Source: Candidatus Komeilibacteria bacterium
GTDB taxonomy: Bacteria > Patescibacteriota > Patescibacteriia > UBA1558 > GWA2-36-10
Length of the DNA: 64,000 nucleotides
Reading direction: 5' to 3'
NCBI GenBank assembly: GCA_018656065.1
Contig: JABHZY010000015.1
Span: 5,622-69,621 of the forward strand
Shown here in pieces: positions 41,908 to 50,756 of the stretch. How positions within the stretch are numbered: position 1 is the first letter of the stretch; each line of letters begins with the position of its first letter. Below the pieces are notes generated by a model that worked only from the letters and a program-made list of their open reading frames with translations, had not been told where the DNA came from and did not search any database. Made by a program: the position numbers and the translations under genes.

Positions 41908-43569
41908 ATGATTGAAGTAAAAACTAAAGTCAAAAATGCCTTAGGCATTAAAACTAAATTATCATTATTACTTATAGCGGCTACAGCCCTATCATTTAGT
42001 GTTACATCTTTTGCTATGCTGTCTGTTAATTTTGAAAAACTCAAAGCTAAAAAAAATGTCCCATCTAGTATTACAAAACAAGTTAGTAATGAGGTTTCAG
42101 GGCAGGTGAAAGATATATTGACAGGAGAAGCTCTATCTAATGTCACTGTAACTTTCACTAATTCAAATGATCCTGGTGAAATTTATAATACGGTTGTTGA
42201 CGCTGACGGTAATTATGAATTAGTTTTGGGTGCAGCTGGAGAGTATGATGTATATACAAATTATAATACAGTAGAATATTATGGTTATCAAGATTCTTAT
42301 TTACAAATAAATACATTCCCGTTTGTTTATAATGTAAATTTATTGCAATATGAAGATTATGACATGGAGGCTAATTGGGATTGTAGCAGTGAATTTAATA
42401 TTACACCAGGAGATTTTCCATTAATTACTTATATGGACAGATACTATGAATTACTTAATATTTATATTAATAATGGAACATTAACTCAAGCAGAATGGGA
42501 TGAATTAATAGCTCTTAAATGGGGCACTATTAATAGTATTAAATCTGAATTACAAATAATAAATAATGATATTAGTAATCAGCTGTATGTAGATGGTGAA
42601 TATGCCTCAATTCTTCTGGACAAAACTTTATGTAATTATCGTACAGAAATCGACTTTTATTATAGTTTAGATCATTCAGCGTGGCCACCAGTATATCCGA
42701 ATGAATTAAATCCTCATTCACATATTAGTACTAATTATTGGTACGATAATGACAATCGTAGTATTTTGAATACTATCAATGAAATAATAAAAGCTAATCC
42801 AAGTATTGTTGCACAAGAATTATTTGATAATCAAGCAATAGAAAAGATAGCGAGTATTTTGGACTGGCAAATAAAATTTAGTTCAGAAGGTGATAAAATA
42901 AAAGGTAGGCATCCTTGGACTTTTTGGGATGATTATGCAGAACATTTAAGATTAGATGATATGAGCTGGGTTCATCCATCTGACGCTATTTATCCTAATA
43001 CTCAACGCAGGTTGATGCTTTTTTATACAAATGGAATAGATGCTTTATTAAGTATGTTAGTAAATATAGCAGATAATAGTGATAAAGAATTATTAAATGA
43101 TTCATTGAAGAATAATGGTATATTTGCAAAAAATTATAAATTAATGACCTTACCTTCTATTACCGACGCCACAATGCCTGCCTATAGAGTACATGTAATA
43201 GGTCGAAATTTAGATCTTTTGAATATAATGTATCCCTATGTATTTAGAAATGAAAATGTTCAAGATATTGTAGCCTGGAACAATGAAAATAAAAATCAAA
43301 ATAGTCATTTCTGGACATATATAGCTACAGATAAAGTTTTTACGCATCATGATCAAGAGATGATAGAGATTTCAAATTTATTTAATAATTTTTGTACCAG
43401 CACTAGCACTACAGGATTAAATGGTGTTTGTTCACCTATAGAAAAACCATTATTTTGTGATAATGGAAATATTGTAAACAATTGTCAACGTTGCGGTTGT
43501 GTAAGTGGAGCAGAGTGTCATGACCGTGGTTATTGCTATATTGATGAAATACCCGCAATACATTTTTAA
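41908..43569 (+). CDS. Secreted/anchored protein with CarboxypepD_reg-like domain and Cys-rich C-terminus
   Basis: SGQVKDILTGEALSNVTVTF...DADGNYEL, and C-terminal CSPIEKPLFCDNGNIVNNCQRCGCVSGAECHDRGYCY. Confidence 0.55.
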   Translation: MIEVKTKVKNALGIKTKLSLLLIAATALSFSVTSFAMLSVNFEKLKAKKNVPSSITKQVSNEVSGQVKDILTGEALSNVTVTFTNSNDPGEIYNTVVDADGNYELVLGAAGEYDVYTNYNTVEYYGYQDSYLQINTFPFVYNVNLLQYEDYDMEANWDCSSEFNITPGDFPLITYMDRYYELLNIYINNGTLTQAEWDELIALKWGTINSIKSELQIINNDISNQLYVDGEYASILLDKTLCNYRTEIDFYYSLDHSAWPPVYPNELNPHSHISTNYWYDNDNRSILNTINEIIKANPSIVAQELFDNQAIEKIASILDWQIKFSSEGDKIKGRHPWTFWDDYAEHLRLDDMSWVHPSDAIYPNTQRRLMLFYTNGIDALLSMLVNIADNSDKELLNDSLKNNGIFAKNYKLMTLPSITDATMPAYRVHVIGRNLDLLNIMYPYVFRNENVQDIVAWNNENKNQNSHFWTYIATDKVFTHHDQEMIEISNLFNNFCTSTSTTGLNGVCSPIEKPLFCDNGNIVNNCQRCGCVSGAECHDRGYCYIDEIPAIHF

Positions 43570-43592
43570 TTAATTTTAAAATAAAGAATACT

Positions 43593-43631
43593 AAAAAAAC
43601 CATTCCACTGAGAGTGGTTTTTTGATATAAT
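43593..43631 (+). repeat. Junction cassette J10 (near-duplicate of J9)
   Basis: AAAAAAACCATTCCACTGAGAGTGGTTTTTTGATATAATAAATACAT. TATAAT at 43626-43631. Confidence 0.7.
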
Positions 43632-43657
43632 AAATACATAAGATTTAAATTTAAATT

Positions 43658-43921
43658 ATGAAAAAATTATTATTAATTTTAGCCATTCCTTTGTTAATGG
43701 GTGTAGGCTGTGTCAAAACAGAAACTTTAACCAATAAGGAGATTAATGAAGGCTTAGCTAGTGGTGAGCTCGCTTGTAACACAGCTAAACATTGCGCCGA
43801 TTTGGGCTTTGTCTGTGAAGATGAATTAAATTCTCCACGATGTTTAACGGATTATGATTTAGCTGGGCGTATAATTGAGTATCCTGTATGTATTTGTATT
43901 AATCCAAATTTAGATTATTAA
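43658..43921 (+). CDS. Small Cys-rich putative lipoprotein
   Basis: Signal peptide ending LMGVGC, with 7 further Cys. Confidence 0.5.
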   Translation: MKKLLLILAIPLLMGVGCVKTETLTNKEINEGLASGELACNTAKHCADLGFVCEDELNSPRCLTDYDLAGRIIEYPVCICINPNLDY

Positions 43922-43925
43922 AATA

Positions 43926-44363
43926 ATGAAAAAATTTTGCTGCAGTAACTATTTAAAAATAACTCAAGAAGCTTTTACGCTCGTTGAGTTATTGGTCGTT
44001 ATAGCAATAATTGGTATTTTATCTACAGCGGCAGTAGTTAATTTTAATACTACACGAGAAAAAGCTAAAGTTGCTGGAGCAAAGGCTTGGGGTTCAGCTC
44101 TTAAACCAGCAGTTATATTTTGTGATAGTCAAGGGTCTATTCTTACTGATCCAATGAACACGCCAACAGTTTATGGCGGTGGTGGTGCTCTTTGTATGCC
44201 AGATGTAGGCGTAGACTGGCCAACTGAAATGCCAGAAGGTTATAATCGTATAAATGTATTAAGTAATGGTCAGGGTTTGTGGGTTTTTGAAATTCGTACT
44301 TTTAATGTGACGCCTTTGTTACCAGAAGTTATTTGCAATAATTTTGAGGGTTGTGCTGGATAA
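43926..44363 (+). CDS. Type IV pilin-like protein (Ala at -1)
   Basis: QEA/FTLVELLVVIAIIGILS N-terminal methylation-type motif. Confidence 0.7.
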   Translation: MKKFCCSNYLKITQEAFTLVELLVVIAIIGILSTAAVVNFNTTREKAKVAGAKAWGSALKPAVIFCDSQGSILTDPMNTPTVYGGGGALCMPDVGVDWPTEMPEGYNRINVLSNGQGLWVFEIRTFNVTPLLPEVICNNFEGCAG

Positions 44364-44463
44364 AATAATAAATTAAATAATATTAATATAAAAATTAAAA
44401 GCCAAAATAAATGTTAATCGGTCATTTTTAACTGCTGAGCGATTTTTTATTTTGTTTATTTTA

Positions 44464-44472
44464 TGTTATAAT
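44464..44472 (+). promoter_or_regulatory. Extended -10 promoter TGtTATAAT of the repeat-protein gene
   Basis: TG at 44464-44465 and TATAAT at 44467-44472, preceded by TTTTTTATTTTGTTTATTTT. Confidence 0.45.
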
Positions 44473-44527
44473 AATTATATTATAGTATAAAAATTTTAAA
44501 ATATATTAAACACTCTAAAATTAAATT

Positions 44528-46801
44528 ATGAAAAAAGTTAAAACACAAACTAAGAGTCGTGTGGCAACTAAAGCTGGTGTATCAGTTGGACATAAGATAG
44601 CTCTTTCTATGTTGATTGCTTCAGCTTTTGCGTTGGGATTAAATTTTGCAGGCATGGCAATGCAATTGCCCAAAAAGCTAAAAGTCAAAAAAGTAAGAGT
44701 GAGTGCACCAACACCTCTTACAGTAAATATTACTAATGCGGCAATAAATGTTCCAATTTTTTATCCCGATGGATCCACAGCTTCATTTAGTAGCAGTGGC
44801 ATAGATCAGGGTAGCCTAGATATGGGGTCTAATAATTATTCTCATGCATCAGGTTCAGGTGGCGGTATATTACGAGGGCCATTAAAATTATCTTTGTCTC
44901 ATATGGAAGAAGGGCCTATTACTTTACCAGCTAGAATTATCAGATTAGAAGAGTTTGATATTAATGTATACAATCTTTGTGTACCAGAAACTACAGTATT
45001 TAATGAAGAATTAAATTATCCAGCTTCATATTATTATGATATCAATGGTACGCCGTATCATGATGTCAATCTTACACAAAGAGCTATTCCAGCACCATGT
45101 AACGTATTATTGGCCAATGCTTATGATCCAAGTGCTGTCACAGACGCCAAAGCAAATTTAGCTTTATCTGGATATTCAGAAGATGTTTACGCGGATTTTT
45201 ATTCTAATTTTAATAACTATCAGCAGAGTGCACACGGTCATCTTAATATTAGAAACAATACCTTTCAAAATTATAACACAACACATTTTCCAGGCGCGCC
45301 TTTGTCAATACTTTTATTTAATAATGAAGCTGACAATTTAACAGGATTTACTATACCATCTAGGATAGTAAAAGTCTTTAACTATGATCTAGAAAAAAAT
45401 CTTTGTCTTCCAGGAACAGTAATTTCTACATCTAGATATAGTCCGTCAATTTATTTCTACGATAACAACGGTACTCCATATTATGACTCTTTATTGACCG
45501 ACATGGCTACACCAGCTCCATGTAATCAACTCTTAGCTAATCGTTTTGAAACATATGATGGTATAAATGAAGCATTGATTAATTATATTGATTATGAGTT
45601 AGAATATGGTTCTCTATATTTTAATAATAATTTTGATGTCAATTTTAATGGTCAAGGAAATTTGTGGTTAGACTCTAATTACTATGACAATTATCCACCA
45701 ACAGTGTTGGGAGGACATTTAGAAGGTGCACCAATGGCCATTTCTATTTTACAAGATTCAAATAACGGAGCTATTTTAGCTCCTAGAGTTGTAAAGTTAA
45801 GCATGGATGATCAATCAGAGCATATAATTTGTGTACCAGAAACATATGTTCCTGGCGGCTCAGATTATCCAGAGATTAAAACTCCAGTATATTTTTATGA
45901 TAATAATGGCACCCCATATCACGATTCTTTATTGACTGATATGGCTACACCGGCTCCATGTAATCAACTTTTAGTAAATAAACTTGATGTTGGAATCAGT
46001 GATGTAAATGTTAATATCCCAGTTTGGAACCCTACTATTTCTTCAGCTGGATTCTTATATAATTTTGGTGCGCCAGATATGCATAAGGGCAACCTTAATT
46101 TACGTATGAGTCAATATGATCTTTTTACAGAATCAAATCAAGTAGGAGCACCTTTGGCCATAGAAGTGCTTCATGGCGAAGGTTCGAGTGCTATTGTGCC
46201 AGCTAGAGTATTGGTAATGCAAAGTTTTGACGGTGATTATTATACACTTTGTTTACCAGATTCTTTGATTAGGTCAGAGGAAAGAGAATTATATTTTTAT
46301 GACAATAATGGTACTCCATACTATGATTCGTTGATGACTGATATGGCAACTCCTAAAGCATGTAATCAATTATTAGCCAATGCTTTAGATATAGATCATG
46401 TATCTAATGCTAGTGTGGCTAGTACTCTTGATAGTCCGGATATAGCGGAAGTTCATTTTATACAAAATGGAGCACCAATTGGGAGTTTAGATTTAAATAC
46501 AAATATTTTTGATGAAAATGAATGGGGCAGTAATGATTTATTTATAAATCCATTGGTAATATTTTTGACTCATGGCGAAGAGGGAGATCAAAGATTCCCA
46601 AATATGAGACTTGGCGTTGAATCAGGTGATTCTAGATATTCTCTTTGTGTACCACCCTCTTTGGTAACAGACTATACTCATACAGGGCCGATTCATTATT
46701 TCTATGATAGTGAAGGTAATCCGTATAGAGATAGTATATTAACTCAAAGAATTACTTGTCCACCAATAAACACTCATTATAATATACAAGAATTGCCTTA
46801 A
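44528..46801 (+). CDS. 757-aa secreted/anchored protein built from five tandem ~135-145-aa repeats
   Basis: The motif [LC.P]...YFYDNNGTPY[YH]DSLLTDMATPAPCNQLLAN recurs at about nt 45030, 45463, 45889, 46291 and 46693. The N-terminus has a K-rich segment plus a TM helix. Confidence 0.7.
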   Translation: MKKVKTQTKSRVATKAGVSVGHKIALSMLIASAFALGLNFAGMAMQLPKKLKVKKVRVSAPTPLTVNITNAAINVPIFYPDGSTASFSSSGIDQGSLDMGSNNYSHASGSGGGILRGPLKLSLSHMEEGPITLPARIIRLEEFDINVYNLCVPETTVFNEELNYPASYYYDINGTPYHDVNLTQRAIPAPCNVLLANAYDPSAVTDAKANLALSGYSEDVYADFYSNFNNYQQSAHGHLNIRNNTFQNYNTTHFPGAPLSILLFNNEADNLTGFTIPSRIVKVFNYDLEKNLCLPGTVISTSRYSPSIYFYDNNGTPYYDSLLTDMATPAPCNQLLANRFETYDGINEALINYIDYELEYGSLYFNNNFDVNFNGQGNLWLDSNYYDNYPPTVLGGHLEGAPMAISILQDSNNGAILAPRVVKLSMDDQSEHIICVPETYVPGGSDYPEIKTPVYFYDNNGTPYHDSLLTDMATPAPCNQLLVNKLDVGISDVNVNIPVWNPTISSAGFLYNFGAPDMHKGNLNLRMSQYDLFTESNQVGAPLAIEVLHGEGSSAIVPARVLVMQSFDGDYYTLCLPDSLIRSEERELYFYDNNGTPYYDSLMTDMATPKACNQLLANALDIDHVSNASVASTLDSPDIAEVHFIQNGAPIGSLDLNTNIFDENEWGSNDLFINPLVIFLTHGEEGDQRFPNMRLGVESGDSRYSLCVPPSLVTDYTHTGPIHYFYDSEGNPYRDSILTQRITCPPINTHYNIQELP

Positions 46802-46806
46802 AATAT

Positions 46807-47736
46807 ATGGAATTAAATTACCCATTAGTATTTAGTTTTTTATTTATAATTTTTGCTGCGTTCTATTTATTACGCGGTAAAACATCAGGCGCTGCTGGCA
46901 ATAAAGCTAGCGGTGGTTCAGCTACTTTTGTAAATAATTTTTCTACAGATTTAACAGCTTTAGCCAGAGAAGACAAGTTGGATCCAGTTATTGGAAGAGA
47001 TAAGGAAATAAAAAAGGTTGTTCAGGTTTTGTCTCGTCGTCGTAAAAATAATATCATTATTTTTGGTAAAGCCGGTATTGGTAAGACAGCCATTGCTGAA
47101 GGACTGGCTATTGCTATTGCCCAAGGCTTAGTTCCTAAGAATTTGGCAGACAAGATAGTACTCAAGATTGAATTATCATCTGTTTTGGCTGGCACAAAGT
47201 ATCGAGGTGAATTTGAGAAAAGATTTAAAAGCCTTATAGACAATGTTATATCTATGGATAAGCGCATTATTGTCTTTATGGATGAAATTCATACCATAGT
47301 GCAAGCTGGGGGCACAGAGGGGTCAGTAGATGCTGATGATATTATTAAGGCACCACTCGCTAGGGGTGAATTACAGATGATAGGTACTACTACTACCGAG
47401 GAGTATAAAAAATACATAGAGCCAGATAAGACTTTGACTAGGCGATTTGAAGGCTATCTCATGAAAGAGCCGGATAAAAAGACTACAGTTAAAATGCTAG
47501 AAGCTCTTAAGAAAAATTATGAAGAATATCATCGAGTATCTATTGGCAGTGATATCATAAAACAGATAGTGGAAGGTACAGCCAAGATAAAAGACAGATC
47601 TTTCCCAGATAAAGCTATAGATATTTTAGATGAAGTTTGCGCTCAGGTTAGACTTAATAATTCAGATTCAGAAAAAATTATAAAAGTGACAAGTAAAGAT
47701 TTAAAAGAAGCGATAAAAGAATATCACAATTACTAA
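46807..47736 (+). CDS. Membrane-anchored single-domain Clp/Hsp100 D1-type AAA+ ATPase
   Basis: N-terminal TM helix (LVFSFLFIIFAAFYLL), then LDPVIGRDKEIKKVVQVLSRRRKNN, Walker A GKAGIGKT, Walker B IVFMDEIH, GTTT and RRFE. It ends after D1. Confidence 0.7.
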   Translation: MELNYPLVFSFLFIIFAAFYLLRGKTSGAAGNKASGGSATFVNNFSTDLTALAREDKLDPVIGRDKEIKKVVQVLSRRRKNNIIIFGKAGIGKTAIAEGLAIAIAQGLVPKNLADKIVLKIELSSVLAGTKYRGEFEKRFKSLIDNVISMDKRIIVFMDEIHTIVQAGGTEGSVDADDIIKAPLARGELQMIGTTTTEEYKKYIEPDKTLTRRFEGYLMKEPDKKTTVKMLEALKKNYEEYHRVSIGSDIIKQIVEGTAKIKDRSFPDKAIDILDEVCAQVRLNNSDSEKIIKVTSKDLKEAIKEYHNY

Positions 47737-47744
47737 AACAAAAA

Positions 47745-47774
47745 ATCGCCCTTAGGGCGATTTTTTGGTATAAT
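47745..47774 (+). repeat. Terminator-promoter junction J12 (ATCGCCC-TTA-GGGCGAT + TTTTTTGGTATAAT)
   Basis: Hairpin at 47745-47761 and TATAAT at 47769-47774. Confidence 0.7.
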
Positions 47775-47780
47775 AAAATT

Positions 47781-47837
47781 ATGGAAAAGTCTTTAAAATT
47801 AAGTAAAGGCAAGATAATATTAACTATGGTTTTATGA
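47781..47837 (+). CDS. Possible leaderless 18-codon upstream ORF overlapping the patatin start (ATGA)
   Basis: ATG lies 6 nt after TATAAT. The peptide is MEKSLKLSKGKIILTMVL. Its TGA (47835-47837) overlaps the patatin ATG (47834-47836). Confidence 0.3.
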   Translation: MEKSLKLSKGKIILTMVL

Positions 47838-48613
47838 AAAAAGTTGGTCTAGTATTATCTGGTGGAGGAGCTAGAGGTATGGCGCACATTGGAGCGCTTA
47901 AAGTTTTTGATGATTTAGGTATAAAATTTTCGGCTATATCCGGCTGTAGTATTGGGGCGGTGATAGGAGCTTTTTATGCAGCTGGTAAAAGTGGTCAAGA
48001 AATTGAAAATTTTGTTTTGAATAATAAAATTTACAGAAATTTTGATTTTTCTTTTTCTACCTTAGGCGTTAAGAATATTGCCAAGTTGGAAAAAATTATG
48101 CTTGATTTTATAGGAGTTGATAGTTTTCATAAATTAAATACACCTTTGTATATTAATGCTACTAATATATCAAAAGGTAAAGAATTAGTATTTAAAAATG
48201 GAAAATTAATGGAAGCTATTAGAGCTAGTATTTCTGTGCCAGGAGTTTTTAGTCCTATAAGAATAAAAGAGGAATATCATATTGATGGAGGAGTATTAAA
48301 TGAAGTTCCTTTTTCTATATTGCCCGAAGAGATAGATCATTATATAATAGTAGATGTATCACCTTATCAAGGCTTGGGAGATAAACAAAGAATTAATATA
48401 GTGGATGTATTACAGGCCAGTATTAAGATAATGCAAAAACAAATTTTTTGGGAAAAATTAAAGAATATTCCTGAAGAAAAATATGTATTAATTAGTCCTC
48501 AGTTGAATAAGTATCACCTTTTAGAAAGTGAGAGAAAATTTAAAGATATATTAAATACAGGAAGAGTGTCAGCTATAAGCCATAAAAATGAAATATTAAA
48601 TTTATTTAAATAA
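47834..48613 (+). CDS. Patatin-like phospholipase
   Basis: GGGARG, GCSIGA (GxSxG) and DGG. Confidence 0.85.
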   Translation: MKKVGLVLSGGGARGMAHIGALKVFDDLGIKFSAISGCSIGAVIGAFYAAGKSGQEIENFVLNNKIYRNFDFSFSTLGVKNIAKLEKIMLDFIGVDSFHKLNTPLYINATNISKGKELVFKNGKLMEAIRASISVPGVFSPIRIKEEYHIDGGVLNEVPFSILPEEIDHYIIVDVSPYQGLGDKQRINIVDVLQASIKIMQKQIFWEKLKNIPEEKYVLISPQLNKYHLLESERKFKDILNTGRVSAISHKNEILNLFK

Positions 48614-48618
48614 ATCAT

Positions 48619-49245
48619 ATGCCTAAAACAAAAAATAAATACAAAGCTATACACACTATTATTACTTTTCTCTTGATGTATATAATAGGCGCTTTATTCA
48701 TTACTAGTGTTTTTGTTTGGACTGAGGTACGTACTCAACAAATTGTTAGTAATATTTTTGCGACCGCTAAATCAAAATATTTTAACAGAAAGGTTACTAA
48801 ACCTATTGATGGTTTTAAAAAATGTGTAGCCGTAGGACGGCCAATATTAGAATCTCATCCTAGGCGGTGTGTTGGTCTGGCTGGTCAGATTTTTGTAGAA
48901 GATTCAGAGGAAATAGTAGTTGATAATACAGTGATTAGAATAGGGCAACCATTAGCGGGTACTTTTATCACTAGTCCTTTGATAATTCAGGGAGAAGCAG
49001 TCGGAACTTGGTTTTTTGAAGGTGATTTTGCGGTGACTTTAATTGATGAACAACAAGAAGAGGTTGCTGTTACTATTGCCACTGCCCAAGGAGAATGGAT
49101 GACAGAAGATTTCGTAGATTTTGAAGCAGAGCTTATTTTTGAACAACCAGATACAAATATTGGTTTCTTAGTATTTAAGAAAGACAATCCATCTGGATTA
49201 ACAGAGTATGATGACGCAATAACTATTCCAGTATTTTTTAAATAA
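48619..49245 (+). CDS. Membrane-anchored Gmad2 Ig-like domain protein
   Basis: N-terminal TM helix. The C-terminal ITSPLIIQGEAVGTWFFEGDFAVTLIDE...GEWMTEDFVDFEAEL is typical of Gmad2. Confidence 0.6.
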   Translation: MPKTKNKYKAIHTIITFLLMYIIGALFITSVFVWTEVRTQQIVSNIFATAKSKYFNRKVTKPIDGFKKCVAVGRPILESHPRRCVGLAGQIFVEDSEEIVVDNTVIRIGQPLAGTFITSPLIIQGEAVGTWFFEGDFAVTLIDEQQEEVAVTIATAQGEWMTEDFVDFEAELIFEQPDTNIGFLVFKKDNPSGLTEYDDAITIPVFFK

Positions 49246-49262
49246 TATAATTTATAGGTATT

Positions 49263-49290
49263 AAAAAACTCCCTAATAAGGGAGTTTTTG
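49263..49290. terminator. Bidirectional intrinsic terminator
   Basis: ACTCCCT-AATA-AGGGAGT, flanked by an A-run and a T-run. Confidence 0.7.
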
Positions 49291-49325
49291 TTTTTTATAA
49301 ATTAAACTTCGTTGGCGTAACCTTA

Positions 49326-50057
49326 TTATTGATTAAGGGCGGCCATAAATAGATCTTCATTTGGTTTATGTGGTAGGTGACCAATATTATTAATATAATT
49401 TATCTTTATATAACCATCACGATCAATTACTAGCTTAGTAACAGAAGATTGATATATTTCCATAGAAAGAAAACCAATGACATCAGTATTAAGTACGCTA
49501 GTGACCATAGAGCGAATCAGATTACCATGACAAAATAGGCCAATTTTTTTACCTTTATTTTTTTTATAGATATCAGCTAGCATACGACGGGATTTATCAT
49601 GTAATTTATGCATTTCCTTATCCATACTTTTATATTCTTTTACTTTCTTCATGCGAGTTTTTTCTGACATGCGAAAATATTTTATTTTATACCATTCAGT
49701 CCAATCTACTTCATTAAGCCGTTTATCTACATATATTCTTTTTTTATGTTTTTTGGCAAAATCTTGAGCAGTTTCTTTGGCGCGGGTTAATTCGCTAACA
49801 TATATTTTCTCTAATTGGATTTGTTTTAGTTTTTTATTTAATAATTTTCTTTGTCCACGACCTAACTCAGATAAAGGCATGTTAGCATCGCCCAAGGCTT
49901 CTTTGAGAGCGTAGTCAGGATGACAATGACGAATTAAATATATTCTAGTGTAAGGCCCATTAATGGGTTGCCTAGTTTTAGCGTATGGAGTTTGCTCATT
50001 TATAGAAGGGTTTTTGAATCCTACTTTTACAAAAGGTGTTCTTAATTTTAATCCCAT
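49326..50057 (-). CDS. Histidine phosphatase family protein (native, AT-rich)
   Basis: LIRHCHPDY (RHG-like) and FCHGNLIRS. Confidence 0.65.
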   Translation of the reverse strand: MGLKLRTPFVKVGFKNPSINEQTPYAKTRQPINGPYTRIYLIRHCHPDYALKEALGDANMPLSELGRGQRKLLNKKLKQIQLEKIYVSELTRAKETAQDFAKKHKKRIYVDKRLNEVDWTEWYKIKYFRMSEKTRMKKVKEYKSMDKEMHKLHDKSRRMLADIYKKNKGKKIGLFCHGNLIRSMVTSVLNTDVIGFLSMEIYQSSVTKLVIDRDGYIKINYINNIGHLPHKPNEDLFMAALNQ

Positions 50058-50170
50058 ATTTTTATTTATTTTATAGTACTTATTTTAATATTATTTGAGT
50101 AAAAAAGCAATCTTATTATATATGAAATAAATTGCATTTTAATACGTATTATATAATAATAAGAATAGCT

Positions 50171-50752
50171 ATGTCTGATATTGTGAATAAAGAAAATTTA
50201 TCTGATGAGCAATTAGTTGAATTAACCTTGGAAAATCAAGAGGATTTTTTGTATTTAATAAATAGATATGAGGCTAAATTAGCTAGATATATAAAGCGTA
50301 TAGCAGGACTTGGCAAAGAAGATACAGAAGATTTATTGCAAGAGGTTTTTATTAAGATTTATCAAAATATAAATAACTTTGATAAAGATTTGAAATTTTC
50401 TTCTTGGGCTTATCGTATAACCCATAATGAAGTCATAGATAATTATAGAAAAAAACAGTCCAGACCTCAAGAGATGACCTTTGATGCAGAAAATATATTG
50501 AATAATATAATCAGTGAATTTAATATTTCTAAAGAATTAGATCATAAATATTTACAAGCTAATATTAGTCAGGTTTTAAATAGTTTAGATTTGAAGTATC
50601 GAGAGGTATTAGTGCTTAAATTTTTAGAAGAAAAAGAGTATAAAGAAATTTCAGACATTTTGAAAAAACCCATGGGAACTGTTGCAACTTTAATTAGTCG
50701 AGCTAAAAAGCAATTTTTACAAAAAATGAAAGAACAAGAGATTAAATTATAA
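50171..50752 (+). CDS. ECF-type RNA polymerase sigma factor
   Basis: Region 2 (FSSWAYRITHNEVIDNYRK) and region 4.2 (YKEISDILKKPMGTVATLISRAKKQF). Start set at MSDIVNKEN. Confidence 0.8.
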   Translation: MSDIVNKENLSDEQLVELTLENQEDFLYLINRYEAKLARYIKRIAGLGKEDTEDLLQEVFIKIYQNINNFDKDLKFSSWAYRITHNEVIDNYRKKQSRPQEMTFDAENILNNIISEFNISKELDHKYLQANISQVLNSLDLKYREVLVLKFLEEKEYKEISDILKKPMGTVATLISRAKKQFLQKMKEQEIKL

Positions 50753-50756
50753 ATAT

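Noticed and set aside
46807-47736. Clp-like gene as a pseudogene fragment
   Set aside because: The ORF has its own start, an N-terminal TM helix not found in canonical Clp proteins, an intact D1 motif set, a clean stop and a dedicated terminator. There is no downstream D2 remnant in any frame.
33986-47790. Classical integron interpretation of the cassette array
   Set aside because: No intI-type integrase or attI is present. Cassettes carry their own promoters and terminators, whereas integron cassettes are promoterless. The junctions do not resemble attC (R''-L''...L'-R') architecture. The locus is kept as a new type of array rather than called an integron.
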